Assembly: GCA_951406725.2 (NCBI GenBank)
Contig: OX597819.1
Coordinates: 26,722,001 to 26,786,000 of the forward strand
Reading direction: 5' to 3'
Origin: Octopus vulgaris
Taxonomy: Eukaryota
DNA length: 64,000 nucleotides
Shown here: in pieces, positions 13,169 through 28,732 of the stretch
Numbering within the stretch: position 1 is the stretch's first letter
How the letters are laid out: each line of letters begins with the position of its first letter
The notes under the pieces: model-generated
What the model saw: the letters and a program-made list of their open reading frames with translations, nothing else
The model's database searches: none
What the model was told of the DNA's origin: nothing
Position numbers and translations under genes: made by a program

Positions 13169-14580
13169 TTGTGTGTTGTGTGTGGGTGTGTGGGTGTGCG
13201 TGCGTGCATTAAAAAGTGCAGCGGTATATACTTCCTATTATATTCTGTGTCCAAATCTGTGTGAGGTCAATTTTTTCATATTTTCCGTTACAAAATAAAT
13301 AGAATATCAATTCCTGGGGACAATTAATCGGATAATGCATGTCTTTGAATTTTCTATATCCAAATGGTTGTGGTTGAAAATCTTTCTTAGACCTACTTAT
13401 ATTTTAAAGGCATCTTAATGATCCAACGGCTACAATAAATATGTGATCCTATCCGAAGCATATTAACAGAAGAATGGGATTATATTAAAAAATTTTAATT
13501 TCATTGCACACCATTTTGAGCTTGGTGTTTAAAAGCATATTGTAACCTTTGTAATTAAAAAACTTACATGTGACACTCTTTATCTTTACTGATGTCTAAG
13601 AGAATAATTTGATTTTGTACAACGAACCAAGGTCCCAAATGAAGAATATGCATTATGTTTATTAATAGGGAACATTAATGGAAACGATTTCCTAGGAGAT
13701 TAAGAAAAATTGGGTCAGGAAACCGTTTCACACGGAGTTTAGCGTCTTTGCTCCACACGACTAAGAAACGATATACATTAAGTAGGATATAATTAGTCAT
13801 ATAACAAATCAACAACAAAGCCGGTTGCCAATGAAGCAGTCGTTGCTATAATATATTTTGTACAGATACAGCCGTAAATGTTTAAATCATTCTCAAGGCT
13901 TTTATCTTTAATCCAGATAGTATAACATAATTCGTAATATCTGCCTGTAGTTCATTTAGTAAGTATTGAATCAGGTAAGATATAATTAGACTTAAGAGGT
14001 TTCTATAGTTACAGACAAAGATGAGTGTCTGAGGGAAAAAAAAATATCAATCGATCATTTCAACATCGAAATCTCTGTCTAAATATACTTCGTGCGTGGT
14101 GTACATTTGTGTCTTCGTATGTATGATCATGAGTGTTTTGTAGGTGAGGGTATAGTTTTATGAACTTATGTATATATGTGCATAACACACACACACACAC
14201 GCGCGCTTTTATAACCTTATATATGTGTGCATAACACGCACATACACACACTCTCTCTCTCTTTCACGCATACACACACACAAACACACACATAAATACG
14301 TATGAAATGCATGGAGGGGTTGCATTTTGAATTAAAGTCATGTATGCACAAGAATTTAATGTTTCCAGTGAGTTGAGGTTTTGTCGTATCAAGAAATGAG
14401 ATTTAAGCTGTTGGGATTTAGAATAATTCATTCTCTACGTTCAATCCACCATCAATAATTCTAAATATATTATTTTTTAAACTCATCTAGTAAAGGTATA
14501 AATATATACACAAATATATTAACATACTTAAGATATTGCCCGTATATATGTGCATACTTACGTCTTTCTCTCTCTGTGTC

Positions 14581-14644
<64 letters not shown>

Positions 14645-14711
14645 TTTAGATAGATAGATAGATAAGATCTTACATATATAAATATTTTTTCTGTAACACA
14701 CCGTGCATATA

Positions 14712-15108
14712 TTCTTTTCTACTCTAGACACAGGGCTCGAAATTTTGGTGGGAGGGAGCCAGTCGATTAGATCGACTCAACTACGCAACTGGTACTTAAT
14801 TTATCGACCACGAAAGGATGGAAGGCAAAGTCGACCTCGGTGGTATTTAAACTCAGAACGTAAAGACAGACGAAATACCCATTTCTTTACTACCCACAAC
14901 GGGCTAAACACAGAAGGGACAAACAAGGACAGACAAACGGATTAAATCGATTATATCGACCCCAGTGCGTAACTAGTACTTATTTACTCGACCCCAAAAG
15001 GATGAAAAGCAAAGTCGACCTCGGCAGAATTTGAACTCAGAACGTAGCGGCAGACGAAATACCGCTAAGCATTTCGCCCGGCGTGCTAACGCTTCTGCCA
15101 GCTCGCTG
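14712..15108 (-). mobile_element. SINE family B, head-to-tail dimer
   Basis: Two GAGGTCGACTTTGCCTTTCATCCTTTCGGGGTCGATAAA-type bodies (central segment resembling the Meta/MESC SINE domain, from memory) joined at GACGAAATACC|CATTTCTTTA. Confidence 0.88.
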
Positions 15109-15171
15109 CATTATATCGTGCATATATTATCAAATATACAAATAAATGCAACAACCTTATATTTGTCCAAG

Positions 15172-15211
<40 letters not shown>

Positions 15212-16770
15212 TTTGATTGTTATGGGGTTTTATCTACTTTGATTTCTTTGGGAACATTGTTAAAATAAGAAGGGACTTGTTGTTTTGTATATAGGTATTA
15301 CATCTAACTTTTCTTGAAATTTATTTAGGTTCACAGTTTTACAGTTCAGTGTTAAATTTTTTAAGGAATAGCATTATTCATCTGTTTAATATTCGATATC
15401 CCTTGAAACGGTAAAGGTTAATGTGACATTACAAATTCCTTATCTAGCAGTGAAGGTAACACGGATTCATTAGAATTCACAGCTATGAAATTTAACGTGT
15501 TACTTTGCATGCCAACGGCAATGGATCGCATTATATTATTAAACGTTAAAGAAGTTCTGAAAAATAAAATAATGTATAACAGTAGATTAGTGAGGGTACT
15601 TTAAATTTTAGCAATCAACAAAAGTATCCGTTTTAATGCACAGGATTCTTTCTTCTAAAAATATACAAAACGTTTTTTTACACATTTTCAGAGCTTACAA
15701 ACTACCTCTGGCGTTTTTTCTCATGACAGGAATTTCCGTAGATTTTCATTAAATGAGAAATTTAAAAGCGGGAAGCTGAAGCAAAAATTAATCTGTATTG
15801 CTTTCAGGAAATGTTAATGTCACTGATTTAGCCGCAATAAACTAAGTATTTCTGGTGTAACCACATAACAACTTACATTGTAGTAAGACAAGTTAAATAT
15901 TCCTTCATTCACTCATAAGGGTTATGGGAGACATGCAATGAGAGAAACAAAGTTATTTTCGCTATCGCTATCCCTTAGGTTTAGTAAAATGTACACTTAG
16001 AAAATTATCAAATCATCAGCAAGGAAACGATAATATTTCAAGCTTGGTAAGTTACAATGTACGGCCAAATGAATATAAAAAAATATTCTTTCTATTTACT
16101 AACTGCTACTTCGGCTTGGAAATTCTATATCAAGAATCGTCAAAATCGATACTTTGGTATTTCAAAATGAAGGTTTGAATTCAGATCTTCATTAAGCTGA
16201 CTTTCATAAATGCATTTGAAAGAGCCTTACATTAAAATATTTTTTGTAACCCCTTCATAAGTTATATAGAAGTGTGAAGCTGCACTGTACGTTTAACACA
16301 CAAATGTCTTGCAGAGATTTCTGACCGAGAGAAAATATTATAGCTAGTGCCGGTCCACATTGGTGCACACAATAAACGTGTTATACAGAATGGTAGTTTA
16401 ATCTAAAGCTATTTCAAGAGCGTATATCGGTATAATTTTAACTTGTCTAGCTTTCACATAAGTCAGTGATCAAGACTTTTCTGTATAGCTCAGAGCATCC
16501 GGAATATTCGGCACTCAAGATATCAAATTTGGTCGATACACATCTGAGGAACCAACGGCGTTCTGAGCGAATCCATGTGTTTTAAAGAGGCAAGATTGTT
16601 GAGGTGTTTCTGTGAAACAAGATATTACAGTGACTTTTGTCCTAATACATAACATTTTCAATACTATACAGTCCAGGATTTCATTACGTGTTTTCTTTTC
16701 TTTTTAATTTCATGCATTCAATAATCCTTTTCCCTAATTATATTTTTCCTTCATTTTTATTTCTACTTAG

Positions 16771-16936
16771 GGACCACGACGAAGAATATTCTGTATTTGA
16801 AGCAGCTAAAAAATTAAATGAGGTATCTGGATTCAAGGGTCTAGGACGATTCTTCAAACAAGTCGCACAATCAGCTCGAAAAGGAAGCAGTGGTAGTGTT
16901 GATGACTTCCTGGGTTGCGTTAATATCCCAGCCAAA
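16771..16936 (+). CDS. BAIAP3: BAIAP3/Munc13-4-family exon (C2A domain loop-3 region)
   Basis: Polypyrimidine tract + AG (16769-70), GTAAGT donor at 16937. Encodes (W)[55 protein letters not shown], matching the BAIAP3 motif WDHD..V.EA..KLNEV.G.KG.GR.FKQ...SAR...DDFLG. Phase 2 start, phase 0 end. Confidence 0.93.
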
Positions 16937-17082
16937 GTAAGTGAAACTTAATACAAAATGAATATAAATAGCATTTCAGACGATATGCCATTCCGTCTGT
17001 CTATCAATCGATTTATATATTAATCAAATAAATCCAGAAGTGAGGGATTAAAAATATTTATTGCTTAGTTGCTTTCTTCTAT

Positions 17083-17287
17083 CTTTTGCTTGCTTCAGCC
17101 ATTAGACTGCGGCCATGCTAGGGCTCCGTCTTCAAGAGGTTTTAGTCGAATATATCAAACGCAGTACTTATTTTATCGGTGTCGTTTACGGAAACGCTAA
17201 GTTACGAGGCCGAAAACATACCAGCACCGGTTGTCATGCGGTGGTGATGGGATAAAGACAGACACATAGACACACGTACACACACAC

Positions 17288-17368
<81 letters not shown>

Positions 17369-17447
17369 CACCTTACTCTAATTAAATAACCTGAGATACT
17401 CGTCCTGTTTTGGTTTTTTTGTCATTTTCCCTTTAATACATACATAC

Positions 17448-17510
<63 letters not shown>

Positions 17511-17685
17511 TTTCTCTAATACATATATATATGATGAACCTATCTCAGTTTCCGTATGCCAAATCCACTCGAAATATTTTGGTCGGCCTTGAGCTATAGT
17601 AGAAGATACTTGCCCAAGGTGCCACGCAGTGGTACTGAGCCCGGATTCATGCGATTGCAAAGCATGTTTCTTACTACATAGCCAC
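17083..17685 (-). mobile_element. SINE family A, diverged, expanded internal microsatellite
   Basis: Tail at 17083-17135, head at 17580-17685; about 150 bp downstream of the BAIAP3 exon donor. Confidence 0.8.
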
Positions 17686-18215
17686 AAGTTATTTCGTAAT
17701 CTCCATTGTTACATCATTTCACAAACGTCTTTCCTACTTATATGTATACGTATATATGCTGCCATATAAGAATATAAGAACCTTTCTTTATATACGTTCC
17801 CTATATATATACATACATAAATACATTCATACATATATACAAACGTATATACGTAGGTGCGTACGTACGTACATGCATACATACATACATACATTATGCA
17901 TATTTTAAGCATCCATCTACGTCTGTGTTCCATCACAAATTAATGTTTAATGAATATTTCTATGGAGTAAAGTCTATTGACTTTTTCATTGTGTAAATGC
18001 ATTTCTGAAATAGTTTGTTACTGAATTAAAAGTTCCATACAGCTAGGTTATATAAATAGATGCATAAACATTTGCCATTTCTTCAATAAGTAAATGATAT
18101 ATGAAGAAATTAATCATTGTCCTATACTTAAATGAAATATATACCTGTATGTATATCTGCGCAAGCGTGAGTATGTATGAACGTATATTTCAATATTTAC
18201 GTGTGTGTGTGTGTG

Positions 18216-18259
<44 letters not shown>

Positions 18260-18454
18260 TGTGAGTGTGTTGTGTAAAACTAAAATATTCGAAAATAAAT
18301 ATCCTCTTCATTTGTATCGTTATTTTGAGGTATAATGCAATATAATGAAGTTGAAAGGAAATGAGAGTTCATAGATCCATAATGCAACAGCAATGTTAAT
18401 AGTTGTGGTTCATTAGTATTATTATTAGTATTCTCATCAGCATTCTCATTTATT

Positions 18455-18497
<43 letters not shown>

Positions 18498-18544
18498 TCC
18501 TCATCATCATCATCATCATCATCATTATTATTATTATTATTATT

Positions 18545-19068
18545 GAGCGAGCAGAGCATGCCATCAAAGTGACACTGGGGTAAAATATACGAAGCCCAGT
18601 ATACCCATCATGACTACCCGTCTGATAAGGGTACACCAGGCACATGCATCACAACCATACGTGCGCGACATGGTGATCTCATATAAAGATAAATAGCACA
18701 TGACCTTGCAGGTGGAGCCCAGTTAGAATTTTCTTCAGATCGAGTAACCCATCCCGCTCAAAAGGTCCCTGAATAAGGGCTGTTTAAGGACGTTGAACGA
18801 AACACCCATGTTTCCAGAGGTGAATTATTCAAACCCTAAAGAATCCTTCTCAACACATGGCTATGATGCTCCCCCACTACTTCTGCTCGTGATCAGAGAT
18901 GCACATATCGTCAGCCACTAAGGGACATGCTCAACTGGTTAAGGTCAAACAACTGACAAGCAAATCTGTCCCATCTTTTATACCAAGACAAAACAATGTA
19001 CATGATAACACTTCCAATCAGTTAATATCAGAAGCCATGAGAGCCACTGCCTGGTACTGCATCAGGGC
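18545..19068. mobile_element. ~520-bp interspersed element embedded in (ATT)n/(ATC)n
   Basis: Complex, higher-GC block with sharp edges and (ATT)n on both flanks; no ORF or TIR recognised. Confidence 0.55.
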
Positions 19069-19110
<42 letters not shown>

Positions 19111-21522
19111 CATCATCATTCTCATTATCATTATTTTGATTATTGTTAATGCTTTTATTATTGTTGTTGTTGTTGTCCAATAGTTTTCAATTTATTGCAT
19201 GCTTCCACGAAAATCTGAGCCCAACTTACTGTGATTTATGTTCAAATATTCTTTCTCTTTATTTTTTCTGTTTTCCCATAGTTTTTAAATTACTCTTATG
19301 CATATATGTAGTGCTTTTTATTGTTTTCTTTCATGGTGTTTTTATAAATCTTTAAGTTCTATTAGTTTAGCGATACGTTTATCTGTGTTTCTATTGACCA
19401 TTTCAATGGAACATATTAAGACGGAGTTTTTATTTCACATATTTGGATTATCCTTACTTTCATTTCTTTCTTAGATAAATACTCATATTCCTTAGAATTA
19501 ATAGTATCGATTTGTATTTTTCCTAAGGATATTTTAGAATTACACATGAGGTGTTTATTTTAATCATCTTTTCTATATGTATCGTGTACAGTGATGACTT
19601 TGTTAACGTATACATGTTTTCTGGTGTACGTTTGGGATCACCGTTGAAATGCATTAGCAAATGGTCACAGTTCTCTTCCATCCATGGTTGCATTCATAAG
19701 GAATTTTGGTCTGTGATCAACGGTTAGCTCCGACTACCGTGTGATTTACATCCCCAAGTCGTATTTGAAATCAGAACGCATAGATCCATAGCAAATGCCC
19801 ACGATGCATCCCAATTAATCCTGTAATAATTCCACTAACTTACCCTGCTATTACCATAGTTTTCAACCCCCAATAGAAGAAATGAAAAATGACCCTCGGT
19901 GGGATTTGAACTTAGAGAACAAAAAGCTAGGCATTCTATTGACCCTCTTAAGATTCTCTCAGTTTACCCCCACAAGTACCATCACATTTCTCTTATTACT
20001 ACGTACTTCTAGTATAGATTCCAGGAGATGAAATTTCCAATATATGTACGTAATTACTTTCTTTTTGCCGTAACCAGAAACTATGTGATTATTTGTCTGT
20101 CAATCTCTATATACATATATTCAGGTGGTTCAGTTTTATGTCACATATATATTCATGTTGTTCAATTATATGTCACCAACAAAACTTCCTCGGCCGATTC
20201 TCACCCAATCTCTTTCTAACTACTTTTTCTTTACCCGATTTTATTCTGGTAATAACCTTTTAGATATCTTTATAATCAACATTTTAGCATAACACCTTCC
20301 AGTCACATTAAAACACTGTTTTAGCAATTAATTCTTTCTTATACACTTTTGAGTTTGACATGTTATCCACATCAATTCGATAACTTCTGTCAACCGCTAC
20401 TGCTGACGCATTAAATAGGCTAGTATAGACTCGCTTAGGCAATTAATTTAGTAGGACTGAACTCGGCTCCACCACCAATACTTTCTTTATTCAGCTGCGA
20501 ATTCAATGAGGCCAGAGCATGTCAGTCACGGATTATGCACTGAATGACATTTCGTGTGAAGAAGTTCATGAATATAAAAATTAGTTTGTTGAAATATTCA
20601 TTGTTGAAACAATAAAAACTCAAACGTCGAAAGTAAAGAATTAAATACACTCAATAACCTCACTATTTGATCTCGTCTCTCTGATTTTTTTTTTTTTTTT
20701 TGTTTTACTAAACTCAAGGATATTTATCAACGTACATCATTATAGATTTTAATATTGACAGAAATTGATTATTTATTAAACTTAAAATTTACTATGTTTA
20801 CATCATTATGCATTTCCGCGGGATTTTTTTTAGTTTTCTGAAGACTCGCTGAAATGAAAAGCCAAGATAGCGAAGAGACAAATAAGTACTTCAAGGTCCT
20901 AAGTATTTCTACCTTGCAAGTTTGAGTTCAAAACCTACATATGTCAGATCTGGTTTTCCTTACCATAACAGGGATATCGTAAATACCGGTGCGAGTTGTT
21001 ATCAGGGCAAGCGGTTCTATATTTTAGCACAACGTACACATTTAATCCTCTTCTCACAAGAAGAGCATTTTAAAATATTATTAGGGAAGAAAGGCTGTGC
21101 CCATGGCCCTCGCGGAGTCACTGGGAATACTGTAACTAAGAATAGGAGGTGTCTTAACATCCGAGACCTGGTAGGATTATAGCGACAGAGAGGTGTATGC
21201 TAAAAGTACCCATGTGTCCGCTGTTGATCTTAAAGCGAACGACGTATTAACTCTATCGACTATACTGGACAAGATGGGTTTGAAGATAGAGCACAAAAAG
21301 GCCAAAATAAATACTACATGACACCGATCTAGGCTTCTTACAATCCTTATAATTCACCCGCTTTGATTCGTACCTTTCTTTTTTACCGTTCCCTGAAAGA
21401 AAAAAAATGCAAGTTGTTGTCAGTGGAATATGATCTAAGATCGTAAAGTGTCAATTCAAATTCCGCCGCTTCAATTGCTTTTGTTTTTAAAACTTGGTAA
21501 TGGTCATCATATTGCTATTGAT

Positions 21523-21735
21523 TTTAAATTTTGGCACTAAGCCAACAACTTTGAGAAAGGAAATAAATCGACTACATCCCCCTCCCCACTGTCCAACTGG
21601 TATTTATTTCATTAAACCCGAAAGGATGAAAAGCGAAGTGAACCTCGGTGGAATTTAAAGTAACAGTGTAAAGACAGACGAAATGCCATTAAGCAATTTG
21701 CCTGGCATACTAATGATTCTCTGTGCTCCCGCCTT
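21523..21735 (-). mobile_element. SINE family B, diverged
   Basis: AAAGGATGAAAAGCGAAGTGAACCTCGG body; alternative tail (AAATTTTGGCAC on +). Confidence 0.75.
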
Positions 21736-21764
21736 TACTGTATCGCTAATATTCCATGTCAAGT

Positions 21765-22132
21765 CGGTTAGCTGGTAGAAGCGTTAGCATGCCGGTCAAA
21801 ATGCTTAATGATATTTCATCCGTCTTTACGTTCTAAGATCAAATTCTGCCGAGGTCGACTTTGCTTTTCATTTCTTTCGGGACCGAAACTGCGACCTTGT
21901 GCTTTCATAAACAACAATCCCTGGTGCATAAACCTCTTGTTATCTGGGTAATTCGGAGTTTTAAAAATAGGCACAAAGTAATTAAAATAATTCGTAATTA
22001 AACTTAAAGAATAACTTCCTTTGACAAGACAACCACTTAGTTTTGCTAAGAAGTGTACTTTGCCGTTTAAATCGACATATTTTAGTAAGAAGATTTTGAT
22101 TGAAACTGCGGCCTTGTGCTAAAATTTTAAGT
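21765..22132 (+). mobile_element. SINE family B interrupted by a 198-bp insertion
   Basis: Head/body 21765-21903, tail resumes after 22101; 19-bp direct repeat GAAACTGCG(A/G)CCTTGTGCT at 21885-21903 and 22102-22120. Confidence 0.75.
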
Positions 22133-22978
22133 CAATGTCAATTCTATTTTATTTTTGGAAGAATACCTTACCTCTCATGGTCCGTTTATATAGGCTATAC
22201 CTAGCTTTCATGGTTAATTTTGCCGTAGATAATTAGCAATCAGTACAATGTTACAGAATTTTAGAAAATGTAAGAGAATTAATTATGTAGCCAGTCATAT
22301 AATATTTTTTAGAAGCAATCTACATTATTTTTGTTTCCTTATTTACAAAGGCAGTGACATAGATAAGCACCAGGCAAACGGTGATATTGACGCATTTTCT
22401 TTTACCAATTAGTCAGGTAATGAAGGGTTGTACCAATCACCTTTTATATTTTTCATGGCGTCCTAGACTCCTAATGTCAGAAATGAATTTAACCTCAAGG
22501 AGCAAACATGGCTTTGTTGTTCCAAAAGCAGCATGAGCTTTCTTACAGACACCTATATGCTAGATGGAAGTATTAAACAACGCGGATTAAGTGCACCACT
22601 GGAAAAACCAAAAACCGAAGAGGTATAATAAATAATAGAAGGTATCTCGTTCGAGAAGAATCCCACCGATCCGCTAATCTGCACTACTGCTTTATCTTAT
22701 CGAATGCAAAAGGTGTACAAGTAGGCTTCGTCAAGACTTGAACTCAGTACGCAATGAGCTGAAAGAAATATTGCAAAGTATTTTGTCCTACACGCTAATG
22801 GCTCTTCTATCATTGAACTCTACCGTTTTCTTTTCCGCATAAGATGCATTTTAGAGAGCTTTGAACATTATATTGCATCGTTTTCTTATCTCCCAATTGT
22901 GACTATTGAAAAAGCTAAACCACGATAAATATATTCTCCTTCCATGATATTTAAATTTACCTGTCAACTCTCCGAGTG

Positions 22979-23176
22979 ATCAAACTCTTCTTACTAAAAT
23001 ATGTCGATTTAAACGGCAGCATACACTTCTTGGCAAAACTAAATGATTGTCTTGTCAAAGGAAATTATTCTCTAAGTTTAATTACGAGTTATTTTAATTA
23101 CTTTGTGCATATATTAAAACTCCAAATTATTTAGATAACAAGGGATTTGTGTACAAGGGATTGTTGCTTTTGAGAG
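22979..23176. repeat. Inverted second copy of the 21904-22101 insert
   Basis: Reverse complement matches along its length (e.g. TTACTAAAATATGTCGATTTAAACGGCA) with scattered substitutions. Confidence 0.85.
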
Positions 23177-23209
23177 TAGAAAACACTGAAATAATAAGAA
23201 AAATATCTA

Positions 23210-23632
23210 TTTCAAATTTTCTCACAAGTCCAGCAATTCCTGGGAGGGGACAAGTAGTACATCGATCCCAGTACTTAACTGGTACTCATTTTATCGGCCA
23301 CATAAGGATGAAAATCAAAGTAGACCTCACACGAATTTAAACTCAAAACGTAAAGACGGACGAAATGCTGCTAAACATTTCGCCCTCGTGTTAACGATTC
23401 TTATTTCTTTATTACCCACAAGGGGCTAAACATAGAGGGGACAAACAAGGACAGACAGAGGGATTAAGTCGATTACATCGACCCCAGTGCGTAACTGGTG
23501 CTTAATTTATCGACCCCGAAAGGATGAAAGGCAAAGTCGACCTCGGCGGAATTTGAACTCAGAACGTAACGGCAGATGAAATACGGCTACGCATTTCGCC
23601 CGGCGTGCTAACGATTCTGCCAGCTCGCCACC
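23210..23632 (-). mobile_element. SINE family B, two adjacent copies
   Basis: Older copy 23210-23400 directly followed by a well-conserved copy 23401-23632. Confidence 0.88.
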
Positions 23633-23912
23633 TTTAATAAGGAAAATATTATTAACCAAATTGACAGACAGGAAATGACATCGTAACATGAGCCTTAACG
23701 AAAACACTTCTGTCGTAACTCACATTGTTCATCAGAATGATAAACTCAGTTCAAGAGTAACACAGGTCATGAATGACATTATCGAGTCACTCCTTCCTAT
23801 TATAAAATGTATCCCTAAAAAAATTTATCCAGATACTTGCGTGGTGATATTAGAAATAGTAATGCTTCAAATTTTCCTCTTAGCCTGTAGATATATATAT
23901 ATATACTAATAA

Positions 23913-24563
23913 TGATTTCAAATTTTGACACAAGACCAATCATTTTGAGGAACAGATATAGTCGATTACATGAACCCCATGTTCAACTGGTACTTGTTTT
24001 ATCAACCCCCGAAAGAATGAAAGGCAAAGTCGACCTCGGCAAAATTTGAACTGAGAACGACGCTAAGCATTTCATTCCGGCGTGCTAACGATTCTGCCAA
24101 CTCACCGACTTATACTGGTTTCAAATTTTGGCACAAGGCCATCAACTTTAAAGGCGGAGTAATTAGATTACATAGACTCCAGTACTCAACTGGTAGGTAT
24201 TTCATCGACCCCAAAAGGCTGAAAGACAAAGTTCACCACGGTAAGATTTGAGCTCAGAACGTAAAAAAAACGGACGAAATGCAGCTAGGCATTTACTCCG
24301 GCGTACAAACGACTTTGCCAGTTCACCGCCCTAATAAGAAAGGCCAGCATTTTCGAGGGATGGGTTTAGTTGATTATATATTAAAAAATGTAATCAACTA
24401 ACCGTTGTTTTAACCCTTGTTAAAAATAAACCGCATATTTATTGAACCCGAAATAATGAAATACTAATTCAGTCACGGCGGAATTTGAACGCAGAGCATA
24501 AAGATAGACGGATTGTAGCTAAGCGTTTTGTCTGGGGTGCGAAAGATTATGCCCGCTTACTGC
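23913..24563 (-). mobile_element. Three tandem diverged SINE B copies
   Basis: Bodies at about 23913-24110, 24117-24331 and 24340-24563. Confidence 0.75.
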
Positions 24564-25865
24564 CTTCTCATGGTTAAAAATAACATCGTTTTATGTCGTT
24601 ATGTCGTTAGAATATGCAGAAAACTCTACAAAATGAAAGGAGACAATCGTCTTAAGCAATCTATATTCTATGAACGCAATACAAAAAATGTTTATCTCAG
24701 AAAGTCATTAACGTTCTGCTATAAATTAATATAATGAGTGCCGTAGTGTAAAAGCTGTCTGCAATCCGGTTGGTTACAGTTCTGCTTGATTACAGCACAC
24801 TCAACTGATTTGTCTAATACCTTTCAGAAAGACATAAATATAAAGATGCATTCCAATTTCTCTGCTGTATAATTGATGACTGTTGCGTATATCATTTTGA
24901 ACATCCACAAGATCTTAAACATCGATCAGTTCGATTTCGCTAAACTGGGAGGTCCCGACTGCAAACAACATTCGTGACAACGCGTCATCGCCGACTAAAA
25001 CTCGTTTAAAAGGAAACCTGTCTATATAAATATTTGATTGTAAAATAGTCTTACAAAAAAATTATATATAAGTTAGGATTGCTAAGAACAAGTGTTTTCC
25101 AAATTATTTCTGGCATGACAAATATTTATAACACCAATGTTTATATCTTGTTGACCTAACATTTATTCGACGAGATGAATCACTTCCACAAAACAGAACA
25201 CTGATCGTTTACTAGTTTCTTATTTTTCCCATTCGAATTAATGAAACACCAGTGTGTAACCCAGGAACGTATGTTAGCGTCCAGTCGCTGCTTAGTATTC
25301 ACTATACTATGTGTTCTATGTACTGAGAAATAGCTGGATTTGATCTTAACGGTTTGAAAAGAATGGGTAATTAATTTTACCGTGGGTACGGTGCGAGTGC
25401 AATGAGAGTGTACACAAATCTACCGTTGAACTGGCTCGCAAGCATCGCGTCGACCCAAGCGTGAATGAAATGGTACGAGTGGAAATTGTGCGGAAGCACT
25501 TCGAATAGACGATTAGGATATATAATGCTGAAGTACCTCTAAACACCTGAAGCATTCTATGTCCTAATTTGTTACGAAATGAACAACGTTGCATATCATG
25601 TATCATTCTGTCTTAAAACATTACATTTTACTGAAAAACCGCGGCATTTACAAGAAATGAAATATATCTTTTGATATATAATTCTAGAAAGCACTGACAC
25701 AGACATGCGCGCGCACACACACACAAGCACGTATGCACTCACACACACAGAGTAGTTCATGTTTATACTTATCCTTTTCTCCTCCTTCATATACGCACAT
25801 ATAATCACGTATAAACAAAACAAATGCAAGCTCGTAAGAATATGAATTTACAAATAAATAAATAA

Positions 25866-26563
<698 letters not shown>

Positions 26564-26567
26564 CTAA

Positions 26568-26952
26568 TTTTACTCTTTTACTTGTTTCAGCCATCCGGCT
26601 GAGGCCATGCTGGGGCACTGCCCTTGTTGCTACCCTCTCTAAGTCCAGTTTGCCGTGGCTGGCCACTGATCTAAGAGAGAGTTTGTAGATGCTGCCCTTA
26701 GGTTACCTTCGTACCTTGCAGTGGGTTCATCTGGGATCCCGGAAAGCAGCTTGTCTAGATGTTTTTTGAAAATGTCCACATCCGCATCATGTAGATCTCT
26801 TAGTTTTCTTGGCAGTTTGTTGAAAAGCTGAGGGCCCCTGAACCCCAGGCTATTACAGTATCTGCTCCTTACCCTGGATGTGGAAGACGGGACCTTTGGC
26901 ACCACACAGTGACGTCCTGTACGGAGGTTGGAACAGCTCTCAATTCCAAAAT

Positions 26953-26956
<4 letters not shown>
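26568..26956 (-). mobile_element. 5'-truncated CR1/L2-group LINE: ORF2 C-terminus plus 3' tail
   Basis: Minus frame ...[44 protein letters not shown]...* (F..R....FN.LP...FK..LD pattern of CR1/L2 ORF2 ends), stop at 26641-39, then a stem-loop tail and GTAAAAGAGTAAAA. Confidence 0.85.
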
Positions 26957-27935
<979 letters not shown>

Positions 27936-28510
27936 ATATTCATATACGTCTCTCTTTCTCATTTTATTTCTCGCTCTTTCTCTATATATCATATCTCTCC
28001 CTCTCAATATATATGCATTCATTCGTTATGACCTTCAACCTGATAAAACAACGCACATACCCTGGTCAATATATTTTCTATTATACTGGTTTCAGTAATA
28101 TTCTCATATCAATTGACTATGTACGTGAAATTTTGGCCTACATATTTCATTGCTATTGTCTACTTTTCTTTGATTTTCTTAACTTGACTTTCTTCCCAAC
28201 TAATCCAGTCAACCTTGTATTTCCTTTACATGTATTTGTATTTCATATAACAACTATTGTAGAGAGTTTCTGAAACTATTCGATAAGGTAAATTTGAAGC
28301 ACTCATTAACGATATTTATATTAAATATATCCTTCTGCATCTTGAACAATCAAGTATTTATGACAAAATGTTTCCTGTGGCCTTTGAACTGTATAAACAA
28401 TACGAATATCTGACCCTGTGTACTATATTAGCTTGTAACACGCTGACCTTTATTCAATAAATGATTGTCCTTTGTGTTTAATGACACTCAAATACATATC
28501 AATGTAAGCA

Positions 28511-28571
<61 letters not shown>

Positions 28572-28732
28572 ATGTATGTATGTATGTATGTATGTATATA
28601 TGTATATATGTATGTATGTACATATGTATGTATGTATATATATATGTATATATATATATGTGTGTATATATATGTACATATATATATATATATATAAATA
28701 TATATGTATGCTTATGTGTATATATATGTATA

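Noticed and set aside
16020-16046. Possible micro-exon ending TG|GTAAGT that would supply the W of WDHD
   Set aside because: Poor acceptor and the peptide (KETIIFQAW) does not resemble the family LHLDIW strand; needs RNA-seq.
23913-24563. Regularly spaced repeats suggestive of a CRISPR-like array
   Set aside because: Diverged tandem SINE copies in a eukaryotic intron; no constant repeat-spacer structure or cas genes.
25400-25510. GC-richer stretch reading SVHKSTVELARKHRVDPSVNEMVRVEIVRKHFE
   Set aside because: Weakly HTH-like but short, with no splice signals or other support.
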